Positions 38,352-46,984 of a stretch of 61,669 bases of DNA are shown one piece after another. The stretch is from an uncultured Granulosicoccaceae bacterium. GTDB lineage: Bacteria; Pseudomonadota; Gammaproteobacteria; Granulosicoccales; Granulosicoccaceae. The DNA is taken from NCBI GenBank assembly GCA_964389335.1, contig CAYMFQ010000002.1, forward strand, positions 18,212 through 79,880, written 5' to 3'. The translations under genes were made by a program, and so were the position numbers. The notes beneath the pieces are model-generated. The model saw only the letters and a program-made list of their open reading frames with translations. It ran no database searches and was not told where the DNA came from. Within the stretch, counting starts at the first letter, position 1; each line of letters starts with the position of its first letter.

Positions 38352-39107
38352 CTAAAAGAAGCCTTCCGGCACTGAAATAATATCGCCTGGATAGACGGGG
38401 TCACTCAATCTGATGCGGCCCTGTTTCTGCTGCCCATCCACGTCGCGGGATACTCTTATACGTTTCTTTGATGCCCGGCCGGTAAAGCCACCAGCAAGTG
38501 CAATCGTCTTCTCAAGCGTGAGGCCTTGCTGATAGACATAGTTACCAGGGCGCTGCACCTCGCCATTGACGAATATCTGCAGACTTTCTTCAATCGTGAT
38601 GATGTCACCGGGCAATACTGCATCGGTCGGGCGCATGCTAAACCGCTGTGCCACACCATTGATGACCCGAGTCAGCACCGCACGCTGTCGAGAAGCCAGT
38701 TCTGTGTAGCCACCTGCCAGTGCGATAGCCTTATCCAGCGTCATTCCGGGCTGATAACTAAAGCCACCTGGTGAACCAACTTCGCCATTAACATAGACTT
38801 GTCGGTACTCTGCGACCGACACACGCACATCCGGGTCAACCAGATATTTACCTTTAAGCTTGCCGGTAATAGATTTCTCAAGATCCGAAACTGTAAGACC
38901 ACCCGCTTCCAGTGCACCGAGCAACGGATAATTCAGAAGTCCGTTTTCATCGATCTTGGCGCTGAGAGAGAGATCCGGTTCACCAAACACGGTGATGGAT
39001 ACTTCATCTCCGGCGCTTAGACTATAGCTATTGGCAGATACCGCTGTACATGCGGCCGCCAGAACCAATAGCATTGATTGAAGGATTCTTTGCAATGTAG
39101 AGCTCAT
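38352..39107 (-). CDS. wza: polysaccharide export outer-membrane protein (Poly_export + SLBB domains, Wza-like short form)
   Basis: A signal peptide, then SLSAGDEVSITVFGEPDLS, and two SLBB-like repeats (VYVNGEVGSPGGFSY, IFVNGEVQRPGNYVY). Confidence 0.85.
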   Translation of the reverse strand: MSSTLQRILQSMLLVLAAACTAVSANSYSLSAGDEVSITVFGEPDLSLSAKIDENGLLNYPLLGALEAGGLTVSDLEKSITGKLKGKYLVDPDVRVSVAEYRQVYVNGEVGSPGGFSYQPGMTLDKAIALAGGYTELASRQRAVLTRVINGVAQRFSMRPTDAVLPGDIITIEESLQIFVNGEVQRPGNYVYQQGLTLEKTIALAGGFTGRASKKRIRVSRDVDGQQKQGRIRLSDPVYPGDIISVPEGFF

Positions 39108-39624
39108 AAGCGTTTATACCCAATGCGATGAATGGCCGGCAGTGTAGTGCCGAAACACTGACTGCAGACTGAAATCCAGCGCAAACCACCTCTTGTGGTT
39201 CTATTTTTAAGGTTACTATCAAATTTTAGTGAAGGGAGCCGGCCATTCGGGTGCTGAAAGGTGCGATGTAAGCACAGTGATGCCTGGTCACCAGCGAAAA
39301 AACCTCGCTCGTATCACCATTGCACCTTTCTCCTTCAGCAAACTTGTCGGCTGGCCGGTTCAATAAATGAACTATTTTGCTTGCAATACCGCTTCATTTC
39401 CCAAAATAGCGATACGATTCACCGGCCGGTCGGTCTTTCACCAGCACCTCGGCTGCCCGCGAGAGCTCTGGAAATCAGCGAAGATTCTTGACTTGCGCAC
39501 ATAATACCTGAGCTGATATTCAGGTAGCCTTACCTCATTGTTACAAATCGTCGACAACGACGCCCCAAAGAAGCACGACTGAGGAGTGGTGAACAAACCT
39601 GGTGTTGCAGTGACTGCAGGTTGA

Positions 39625-39969
39625 TCAGTGACCAGTAGACGTATTGACCGGTGCCAGTGCGCTGTTTAGCTGACCGATATATTGAAACAGCGCCTCGTGT
39701 GCGAGCGGATTGCCGTTTTTCAATTGCTGACTAAGGGTTTTGAATTCCTGAACTTCATCGTTATGGTCACGCAATAAGTTTTGCAGCGTACTTTCCTCTG
39801 CGCCAGTTGCAGCCAGATTAAACTTTTTCTTTTTATTCTCCAGCATCGACAGATAGTCAAAATGTCGACGCTTAGTGGTCTCCATGGCATTGTAGCTTCG
39901 CAACACCGGAGCAAATTCGGTTCTGAATTGATCGACAGAACCAGCCTCGGCAGACGGATCATTACTCAT
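39625..39969 (-). CDS. hypothetical helical protein, translationally coupled to moaA
   Basis: 114 aa, with its ATG 2 nt after the moaA stop. Charged/helical composition; no family recognised. Confidence 0.5.
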   Translation of the reverse strand: MSNDPSAEAGSVDQFRTEFAPVLRSYNAMETTKRRHFDYLSMLENKKKKFNLAATGAEESTLQNLLRDHNDEVQEFKTLSQQLKNGNPLAHEALFQYIGQLNSALAPVNTSTGH

Positions 39970-39971
39970 AG

Positions 39972-41012
39972 CTAGCCACCAATGTAGGACATTTCTACTT
40001 TTGGCTTGAGAACCGATTCAACAGTGCGTGTTTCCGAATAGCGATCTCTGCGGCGAGCCCATAGCTTGCGGATACGGGCCTCCAGTTCATTTTCTGTCAG
40101 CCCCTGACGCACAAGACTGAGCAGGTCAAAGCCATCAGCAGCAAACAAACACGTGTAGATCTTTCCGACAGCCGATAACCTGGCCCGACTGCAGTCACCG
40201 CAAAACGGCTGCGACACCGACGAGATGACACCAATTTCACCGCCACCATCAATATACCGCCAGCGTTGTGCCACTTCCCCACGATAGTTGGGACTAACTG
40301 GCTCGACCGGCATTTCACTGTGAATTTGCTTGATGATCTCGGCGCCAGTCATAACTGCGTTGTCCTGCCACCGATTGGTATTGCCAACGTCCATAAATTC
40401 GATGAAGCGAAGAATCTGACCACTGCCGTGGAAGTGTCTGGCCATTGGCAAAACACTTTGTTCGTTGAGACCACGCTTGACAACCATGTTGACCTTTACA
40501 GATTTGAATCCGGCATCTGATGCGGCAGAGATACCGTCCAGTACTTTCTGTACCGGTATACCGACATCATTAACCGCCATAAAAGTTTCGTCATCGATGG
40601 CGTCGAGGCTGATATTGACCCGGTCCAGGCCAGCCGCACGAAGACTGGCAGCACGACGCGGCGTTAGCAGCGCTGCGTTGGTGGTCAGGCTGACGTCGTG
40701 TATGCCATCAACACCAGCTATCTTTTCAATCAGTAGTTCGAGTTCGCTGCGCACCAGTGGCTCACCACCGGTCAGTCGGATTTTCCTGACACCGAGTCGC
40801 GAGAACACACGTACGATTTTTTCTATTTCCTCGAACGTCAGGAGTTCGGATTTCTGCAAAAACTTGTAGCCACGGCCGAACACCTCTTTCGGCATGCAGT
40901 AGACGCAGCGAAAGTTGCAGCGATCCGTAACCGAAACCCTGAGGTCGTGCAGTTCGCGACCGAGCGCATCGGTAGCTGGGGAACCGCTGGCTGTCTTGTC
41001 TGACTCCCGCAT
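39972..41012 (-). CDS. moaA: GTP 3',8-cyclase MoaA (radical SAM)
   Basis: CNFRCVYCMP radical-SAM cluster, the C-terminal CGDCSRARL cluster, and the conserved C-terminal IGG. ATG at 41012 is preferred. Confidence 0.9.
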   Translation of the reverse strand: MRESDKTASGSPATDALGRELHDLRVSVTDRCNFRCVYCMPKEVFGRGYKFLQKSELLTFEEIEKIVRVFSRLGVRKIRLTGGEPLVRSELELLIEKIAGVDGIHDVSLTTNAALLTPRRAASLRAAGLDRVNISLDAIDDETFMAVNDVGIPVQKVLDGISAASDAGFKSVKVNMVVKRGLNEQSVLPMARHFHGSGQILRFIEFMDVGNTNRWQDNAVMTGAEIIKQIHSEMPVEPVSPNYRGEVAQRWRYIDGGGEIGVISSVSQPFCGDCSRARLSAVGKIYTCLFAADGFDLLSLVRQGLTENELEARIRKLWARRRDRYSETRTVESVLKPKVEMSYIGG

Positions 41013-41145
41013 ATGTTGAATCCGTTTTTTGTTCTCGTTGCACATCCGCAAATTGACTAACATCAATCAATATCCTGATTGTGCCCTTTCCTGCGGCACA
41101 GGTCTGTTAACTGGCAACCTGTGCACACACAATCCGACCGCGTTT

Positions 41146-41439
41146 TCAGCCACCGCCACGCTGATAGCGCAGGTCAAAGTATCTCATGAATTGATCGATG
41201 CGCTCTCGCTCTACCCCGTCAAATGAGAATTTTACGTTCAGATACGGCAGAGAGATTGACGCTATTTTGCGGTACTGCTGCGGACCTATTGCAACGTTCA
41301 GCACGCCGGGCTCTAGTTGCACTCTTATACTACGATCATCAACATATTCGTGCGGAGCGCCGTTTATCGCAACGGGAAAAATGCGCAGAAACTCTGAGTC
41401 CTTAAAACCCATTTCGCGACTAAATGAATGGTTCGACAT
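41146..41439 (-). CDS. hypothetical small protein ending in Gly-Gly-Gly
   Basis: 97 aa, starting 18 nt downstream of the MoaD-like gene. The C-terminus is YQRGGG. No family recognised and the SD is weak. Confidence 0.45.
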   Translation of the reverse strand: MSNHSFSREMGFKDSEFLRIFPVAINGAPHEYVDDRSIRVQLEPGVLNVAIGPQQYRKIASISLPYLNVKFSFDGVERERIDQFMRYFDLRYQRGGG

Positions 41440-41457
41440 AGGTGCGCTAGAAAACCG

Positions 41458-41712
41458 CTAGCCCCCGGCAACCGGGGGCCACACGGCAAGTACATCGCCA
41501 TCGGTCAGCAAGCCTTTGTCGTCGCGTTCGTCAAAACCAATATAACGGCCGTTTATCAGCACCAGGTGGGCATCTTTATGTGCCACGTTAAAGCGATCAA
41601 TAACCTCGTGCAGAGTCGCTTGCTCAGGCACATCAATGACAATTGCATTGTTTTTCGCATCCGCTGGCAGCAGGTGCTGCAGCGTTGCATAAAGCTTAAA
41701 CGTGATCTGCAT
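41458..41712 (-). CDS. MoaD/ThiS-family ubiquitin-like sulfur carrier
   Basis: 84 aa with a C-terminus of DGDVLAVWPPVAGG, typical of MoaD/ThiS. The ATG is 2 nt after the upstream stop. Confidence 0.8.
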   Translation of the reverse strand: MQITFKLYATLQHLLPADAKNNAIVIDVPEQATLHEVIDRFNVAHKDAHLVLINGRYIGFDERDDKGLLTDGDVLAVWPPVAGG

Positions 41713-41714
41713 GT

Positions 41715-42974
41715 TCAGGCAGTCGCCACCTGAGCCTGAGAGCAGGCGAGATACGCCTCCATGATGCGAAGAGGGTCTTTCATCAACCGCTCTTTCCAGA
41801 TGCCCAATGGAGTCTCCGATTGAATAAGCCCGCGCAGCACACCAACGTGCTGTGTTAACCCCAGACTACTGGCACCAACCAGTACATCATCCTTAAACTG
41901 CAGGTTCAGATATTTGAAGGCCTCTTCATTGACCAGTTCCGCGGAGTCACCGCCTTCAACACCCATCCACAACCCAAAGGATGCCGATACCAGTCCGAGC
42001 GTATCGAGAACATTCATATTAACGTTACCGATGTGTTCTGAGCGATGTCCGCGAACCATGTTACCTGCAGCAACTTTCGCATGCTCAACAGCGGTGGGCT
42101 GAATAGCCTGCACGGTATATTCACCGGTAGAGAAATCCTTACCCTGGCAGACGTCACCGGCAGCATAGATATCTTCATTGCTGGTTTGCAGATAACTGTT
42201 TACGAGAATGCCCTGATCGGCATTTAAACCACTGTCGATAGCAAATTGCATATTGGACCTAACACCAGTCGCAGTAATCACCAAATCAGCTTCGACTGCC
42301 TGACCACCGCTCAGGTTCACTTTCAGCTTGCCATCCGCTGCGGATTCAATCGATTCGGCACGCGTTGACGTGTGTACCGCGACGCCCTTGTTTTCACACC
42401 AGCGTTTGATCATGTTGCCGGACACCTCGTTCATCATCCGAGGCACCATGCGGTTTTCCATTTCCACCACGGTTAGCTTCACATCCCGCAGCACCAGAGA
42501 TTCCAGAATGATACATCCGATAAAACCGGCACCCATTAACAACACGCTCGCACCAGGCTTGGCCAGCCTTACGATTTCCCGTGCGTCTTCCAGTGTCCAG
42601 CAGTTGTGTACAGCGGGCAGATCAATGCCGGGTACCGGTGGTACTGACGGGCTGGCTCCGGTCGCAAGCAGCAGCTTGTCGTAACGATAGGTCTCGCCGT
42701 TCTCGGTGATGACCGCGTTCATGGCCGAATCGATACGAGCCACGCGCTGTTGCACGACGGTGATATCCCGGGTGGAGTAATGCTGATCAGCCTTGCGCAA
42801 ATAAGTGCCGCTTTCGTCGATCTTTTCGGTCAGATAGTAGGGAATCGCCATGCGTGAATACGGCGGCTCCGGCTCAGATCCAATAATCATGATATTCGCC
42901 AGGGGATCGAGCTTTCTGAGCTGTTCCGCTGCAACTACCCCGGCCGGGCCCGCGCCCACAACTACATAGATCAT
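41715..42974 (-). CDS. aorC: FAD/NAD(P)-dependent pyridine nucleotide-disulfide oxidoreductase (AorC-like subunit)
   Basis: FAD fingerprint VVGAGPAGVVAAE, NAD fingerprint LLMGAGFIGCIILE, and IYAAGDV. Confidence 0.8.
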   Translation of the reverse strand: MIYVVVGAGPAGVVAAEQLRKLDPLANIMIIGSEPEPPYSRMAIPYYLTEKIDESGTYLRKADQHYSTRDITVVQQRVARIDSAMNAVITENGETYRYDKLLLATGASPSVPPVPGIDLPAVHNCWTLEDAREIVRLAKPGASVLLMGAGFIGCIILESLVLRDVKLTVVEMENRMVPRMMNEVSGNMIKRWCENKGVAVHTSTRAESIESAADGKLKVNLSGGQAVEADLVITATGVRSNMQFAIDSGLNADQGILVNSYLQTSNEDIYAAGDVCQGKDFSTGEYTVQAIQPTAVEHAKVAAGNMVRGHRSEHIGNVNMNVLDTLGLVSASFGLWMGVEGGDSAELVNEEAFKYLNLQFKDDVLVGASSLGLTQHVGVLRGLIQSETPLGIWKERLMKDPLRIMEAYLACSQAQVATA

Positions 42975-43104
42975 TCAGGTCTCCGCTAGATGTTACTGCA
43001 GAATAGGTGATGCACTGCTGCGCAGTGTTTTGTTGAATGGTGGATATCTGCACTCCGGGACAGCACACACGTGCTGCCCCGGCAGACGAAACGTCGGGCT
43101 GACG

Positions 43105-44961
43105 TCAGGAAGGTAACCCGAACTTGTTTCTGGTTTCGTCAGTTAACTGCCCGTCAGCTGTCCAGCCGCGCAGTTTGTAGTACTCCGGCAACATGTTGCC
43201 AAGCTCACAAACTTTACCTTTGGCAGGGCCAGACTTGGCTGCATCTTTCAACAGACGATCAGGCAGCGTATCTTCTGCTCCGGAAATACCGGCCTTTATG
43301 TTGAAGTCACGCTCCAGTTGCCAGATTCGCTCGCCCACTTCAACCAGCCGCTCAGGTGACCAGTCACCGTCACACGCAGCGTCGATTTGCGGTGCAATGT
43401 CATCGAGTGTCCACGCAAACGTGGTGAAGACACACAGACCTGCAGAGTCGACTGCGGCAGTGGCGTCCTGGAATGCCTTAACAAGGCCAGCCTTTCCATC
43501 TGACTCAAGCGGGTCGGTCTTTTCCGGCACACCGAGTATTTCAGACGAAACCGTATAGCCTCTGAGATGGCAGGCGCCACGATTGGACGTCGCATAGGTG
43601 AGACCCATACCCTGAATACCGCGCGGATCGTAGGCAGGAAATTCCTGACCTTTGACCGTCATTGACAGCTCGGGCTTACCGTATTTTTCACACAGCCGCT
43701 TTGAGCCAAGGTTCAGATCTGCGCCAAAACCCTGTCCGGTTGCAGACTGCTCAACAGCCCAGCACAGCGCCTGCGCACTGCCAAACTTAAGCTCCACGCC
43801 ATCAGTGTGACTGGTGTTAATGGCACCCGTCTCGAACAACTCCATGGCCGCAGCGACGGTGGCACCGAAAGAAATCGGATCCATGCCATCCTCGTTACAG
43901 ATGAAGTTAACGTAGGTCAGCGCATCGAGGTCATCGACGCCAGTGTCTGAGCCAAGCGCCCATGCTGCCTCATATTCAAGGCCACCGGAATTGCCCCAAT
44001 ATTGCGGCTTTTCCCTAACCGAGAAATGTTCACGGTCAATGGTCGAGATTCGACCGCAGGCGATGGTGCAGGCGAAGCAACCGCCGTTACGTGTCAGATT
44101 GGGTTTGCCGTCACTCTCGCGTGGCTCCAGCATGGCTTCACCGGAAATCTTGTGAGCGCCCTCGAATTGAACTTCCTGCATATTGCGAGTCGGCATGGCG
44201 CCGACCTCATTGATCACGTTCATCAGCACCTGAGTGCCAAGTGCAGGCAGGCCTTCACCGGTAACGGCGTTTTCGGCGAGCACCTTCTTACCGGCGTTGA
44301 CACTCTCCATAAAGCGCGCAGGATCGAGGATATTGCCAACGCCCATGGTGCCGCGGACGGTCACTGCCTTAACATTCTTGGATGCCATCACAGTACCAAC
44401 ACCCGAGCGGCCAGCGGCGCGATGCAGGTCATTGATCACGGCGGAGTACAGACAGCCCTGTTCGGCAGAGCGCCCGACTACAGCGACACGCATTTGCGGA
44501 TCCTGGTGCCTGGCGTGCAGAATTTCGTCGGTTTCCCAGCACGACTTGCCCCACAAATCCTCGGCGCTCATCAGCTTTGCCTGATCATTTTCAATATTGA
44601 GGTAAACCGGTGTCGCCGACTTGCCTTCAAAAATAATCATGTCCCAGCCGGCGTTTTTAAGCTCTGCTCCAAAGAAACCACCTGAGTTTGAACAGGCCAC
44701 AGCGCCGGTCAGCGGGCTCTTGGTGATCACCGAATAACGGCCACCGGTGGAAGCCATTGTGCCGGTCAGCGGACCGGTAGCCATGATGAGCTTATTGTCC
44801 GGTCCAAGCGCGTCACACGCCGGGTCGATTTCCTCGGCGAGATAGCGAGTTGCGAGTCCGCGCTGTCCGAGATATTGATTAGCCCAGTCCATATTCAATG
44901 GTTCCGGGATGCACGTGCCCTGAGTCAGGTTGACACGTAGTACCTGTCTTGTCCAAGCCAT
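43105..44961 (-). CDS. aorB: tungsten-type aldehyde:ferredoxin oxidoreductase catalytic subunit (AOR family)
   Basis: AOR N-domain (LRVNLT...GGRGLATRYL, TGPLTG, SPLTG) with [4Fe-4S] ligands in GGCFACTIACGR plus a distal AGLCVF. The length is 618 aa. Confidence 0.9.
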   Translation of the reverse strand: MAWTRQVLRVNLTQGTCIPEPLNMDWANQYLGQRGLATRYLAEEIDPACDALGPDNKLIMATGPLTGTMASTGGRYSVITKSPLTGAVACSNSGGFFGAELKNAGWDMIIFEGKSATPVYLNIENDQAKLMSAEDLWGKSCWETDEILHARHQDPQMRVAVVGRSAEQGCLYSAVINDLHRAAGRSGVGTVMASKNVKAVTVRGTMGVGNILDPARFMESVNAGKKVLAENAVTGEGLPALGTQVLMNVINEVGAMPTRNMQEVQFEGAHKISGEAMLEPRESDGKPNLTRNGGCFACTIACGRISTIDREHFSVREKPQYWGNSGGLEYEAAWALGSDTGVDDLDALTYVNFICNEDGMDPISFGATVAAAMELFETGAINTSHTDGVELKFGSAQALCWAVEQSATGQGFGADLNLGSKRLCEKYGKPELSMTVKGQEFPAYDPRGIQGMGLTYATSNRGACHLRGYTVSSEILGVPEKTDPLESDGKAGLVKAFQDATAAVDSAGLCVFTTFAWTLDDIAPQIDAACDGDWSPERLVEVGERIWQLERDFNIKAGISGAEDTLPDRLLKDAAKSGPAKGKVCELGNMLPEYYKLRGWTADGQLTDETRNKFGLPS

Positions 44962-44971
44962 GATATTCCCC

Positions 44972-45442
44972 CTAGGCGCCTGCGTTGTCGGTTTTACCGG
45001 CCCACTGTCTCATTTTGTCGAGACCGGTCGCGTTCGCATCAACGTATGTAATAGCATCTGTTGGACAGGCGCTGGCGCACTGAGGATCGCCGCCACAGAG
45101 ATCACATTTGACCACTTTGCCTGAGTCTGCGTTGTAATTGATTGTGCCGAACGGGCAGGCGATCGTGCAGACCTTGCAACCCACACAGAGGTCGTTTTTC
45201 ACATCTTTCGACCCCGTTGCCGCATTCACAACAATGGCATCCACCGGACAGGCTTGCATACACCAAGCCTCGTCACACTGCGTGCAGGTGTAGGGCACAA
45301 AACGACCTTCCTCATGGAAGCTAAACACCTTGATGCGGGACTTCGCCGTATTAAAGACGCCCTCGTTTTCAAGCGAACACGCCATCTCGCACTGCAGACA
45401 TCCGGTGCACTTGCCCGGGTCGATATTCAAAGACTTCAGCAT
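44972..45442 (-). CDS. aorA: 4x[4Fe-4S] ferredoxin-like electron-transfer subunit (AorA-like)
   Basis: Four Cys clusters: CTGCLQCEMAC, CTQCDEAWCMQACP, CVGCKVCTIACP and CDLCGG..QCASACP. ATG at 45442 lies 9 nt after AGGAGG. Confidence 0.85.
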   Translation of the reverse strand: MLKSLNIDPGKCTGCLQCEMACSLENEGVFNTAKSRIKVFSFHEEGRFVPYTCTQCDEAWCMQACPVDAIVVNAATGSKDVKNDLCVGCKVCTIACPFGTINYNADSGKVVKCDLCGGDPQCASACPTDAITYVDANATGLDKMRQWAGKTDNAGA

Positions 45443-45812
45443 CTGGGTGCATCCCTCCTGTTTATTTACTGGCAATTTTGTTGTTTTAACAGCTGGTGCT
45501 TTTTACGCCGGCAACGCCAGGAGAACCCATCATGAAATTAATAGATTGCCTGGTTGTCTACCACCGAGACGCATCGAGACGTATCGACAAGATTCGCCAC
45601 TGGCGGCAGTGTCGGGTGCCTAAAACGCAAACCGCACTTGCTAGTAAAATAACAGAGGTGGTGCCAAAAGGAAAAGAGTGCGTAGGGGAAGTAACAGTTA
45701 GCGCAGTTTATCGGCCCGGATGCATGCCAGACAGGCATGTAAGGACCCAGGCTGGTAACCGGCTGCAGGCTGTGCCGGTAAGGTGCCCGCACCCGGGCGG
45801 GCATTTGTGTTA

Positions 45813-46454
45813 TCAGGTACCGAAACCCTTCATCGGCGGTTTGTTGTTTGCGGGCTTGCCCAGCATTCCATTTTGCCGGCCCTGAAGCCTCGACCAGCGA
45901 TCGTGACGGGTTTTTTTGCCGTGTTCGCGCACGTAGTCTTCCTGCGCATTGGTTTGGATTGCGCGCGGACGAACCCGCCGCACATCGTCAATAGCGGACT
46001 CGGGTGAGGCGCCCAGGTCAACGAGCAGACGCGCCGCCATCATGCCAGTTCTGCCGAGCCCGGCAAGGCAGTGCAGTATGACTTTTTCGCCAGCTCCGAG
46101 CGATGAGCTTATTTGCTGCCCTTCGACGCGCCAGATTTCTTCAAAGCCAAGCTTTGGAACATTCATGTCGACAATGGGGAGGTGCCGCCACCAGAAGCCG
46201 GCGGCCTGTAGTTCATCGCCCAGGTTCTCCAACCCGAGATCAATGAGCTCATCGGTTTCATTCAGCGTCACAACACCGCTGGCACCCCAGTCGTGATACG
46301 CGGCAATGTCGCGTTTCAACGTCTTTGCAACATTGCCCCGCTTCAGTGACTCGAGCCTGATACCCGGGCAGGGCGTCATGCCGATCACACCAGGCTTGCC
46401 GGGGATCTCGAGTGTGTAAATCGGGTTTGAGCTTTGACTCACAAGTCCAAACAT
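45813..46454 (-). CDS. Cys-based dual-specificity/tyrosine protein phosphatase
   Basis: The CX5R P-loop is HCLAGLGRTG. No signal peptide. A basic C-terminal tail. ATG at 46454 has GGAG upstream. Confidence 0.75.
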   Translation of the reverse strand: MFGLVSQSSNPIYTLEIPGKPGVIGMTPCPGIRLESLKRGNVAKTLKRDIAAYHDWGASGVVTLNETDELIDLGLENLGDELQAAGFWWRHLPIVDMNVPKLGFEEIWRVEGQQISSSLGAGEKVILHCLAGLGRTGMMAARLLVDLGASPESAIDDVRRVRPRAIQTNAQEDYVREHGKKTRHDRWSRLQGRQNGMLGKPANNKPPMKGFGT

Positions 46455-46984
46455 TGTTGCTCCAATCGTTTCTCTGGCACCACTCCGCACGGTCTCTCAC
46501 CAATACGCCGCGACTTCGGTTTCGCGTACCAACCTCTGGTTCCCTGTCGGTTTGTAGCCGCGGCCCGGAGTTCCGGTGCCTGCGACTCGACGTCGGTTCT
46601 CATCGAAGGTCAAATTACGCGAACGCTACTGTAGCGACACAAATCCCGCTCAGTTAAAAACCTGATGCCATTTTTTATAGTTAAGTGAACCGCAACAGCT
46701 GCCAGCCACCAGTCCGTAAATTTGCAGTTGTACGCTGCACGGGGGAAAACGGATGCGGTGTACCGGCATACGAGCATAATCCTGACAGCTCTGCCCGCAC
46801 CTTCCAATTTAACACTCACAGCTTCAAATTCAATGGCTTAACCCTATTGAATTGTCATTTTTTTGCCACAACTCGCGCCCAGCGTCAAAAATCCTTCAAG
46901 CTGTTGTCAGCGGCGCCGATCCCATCAGTACAAAAATACAGATCCGCACAGCGGGCGATTACCGGCAGAAGGCTACCCACACTA

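Noticed and set aside
28645-39107. Calling the EPS locus a mobile genomic island.
   Set aside because: No flanking tRNA, integrase, direct repeats or IS elements are visible. Only an impression of lower GC supports foreign origin, so it is reported merely as a compositional observation to test.
45476-45812. Moco/Tuco riboswitch or sigma-54 promoter in the aorA leader.
   Set aside because: I found no CCGAGCC / ACCUGCC / GGAAAGG set on the mRNA strand. The TGGCAC-N5-CTGT near-match (forward coordinates 45651-45667) has the correct spacing but lacks the invariant -12 GC, and no enhancer-binding protein gene is nearby.
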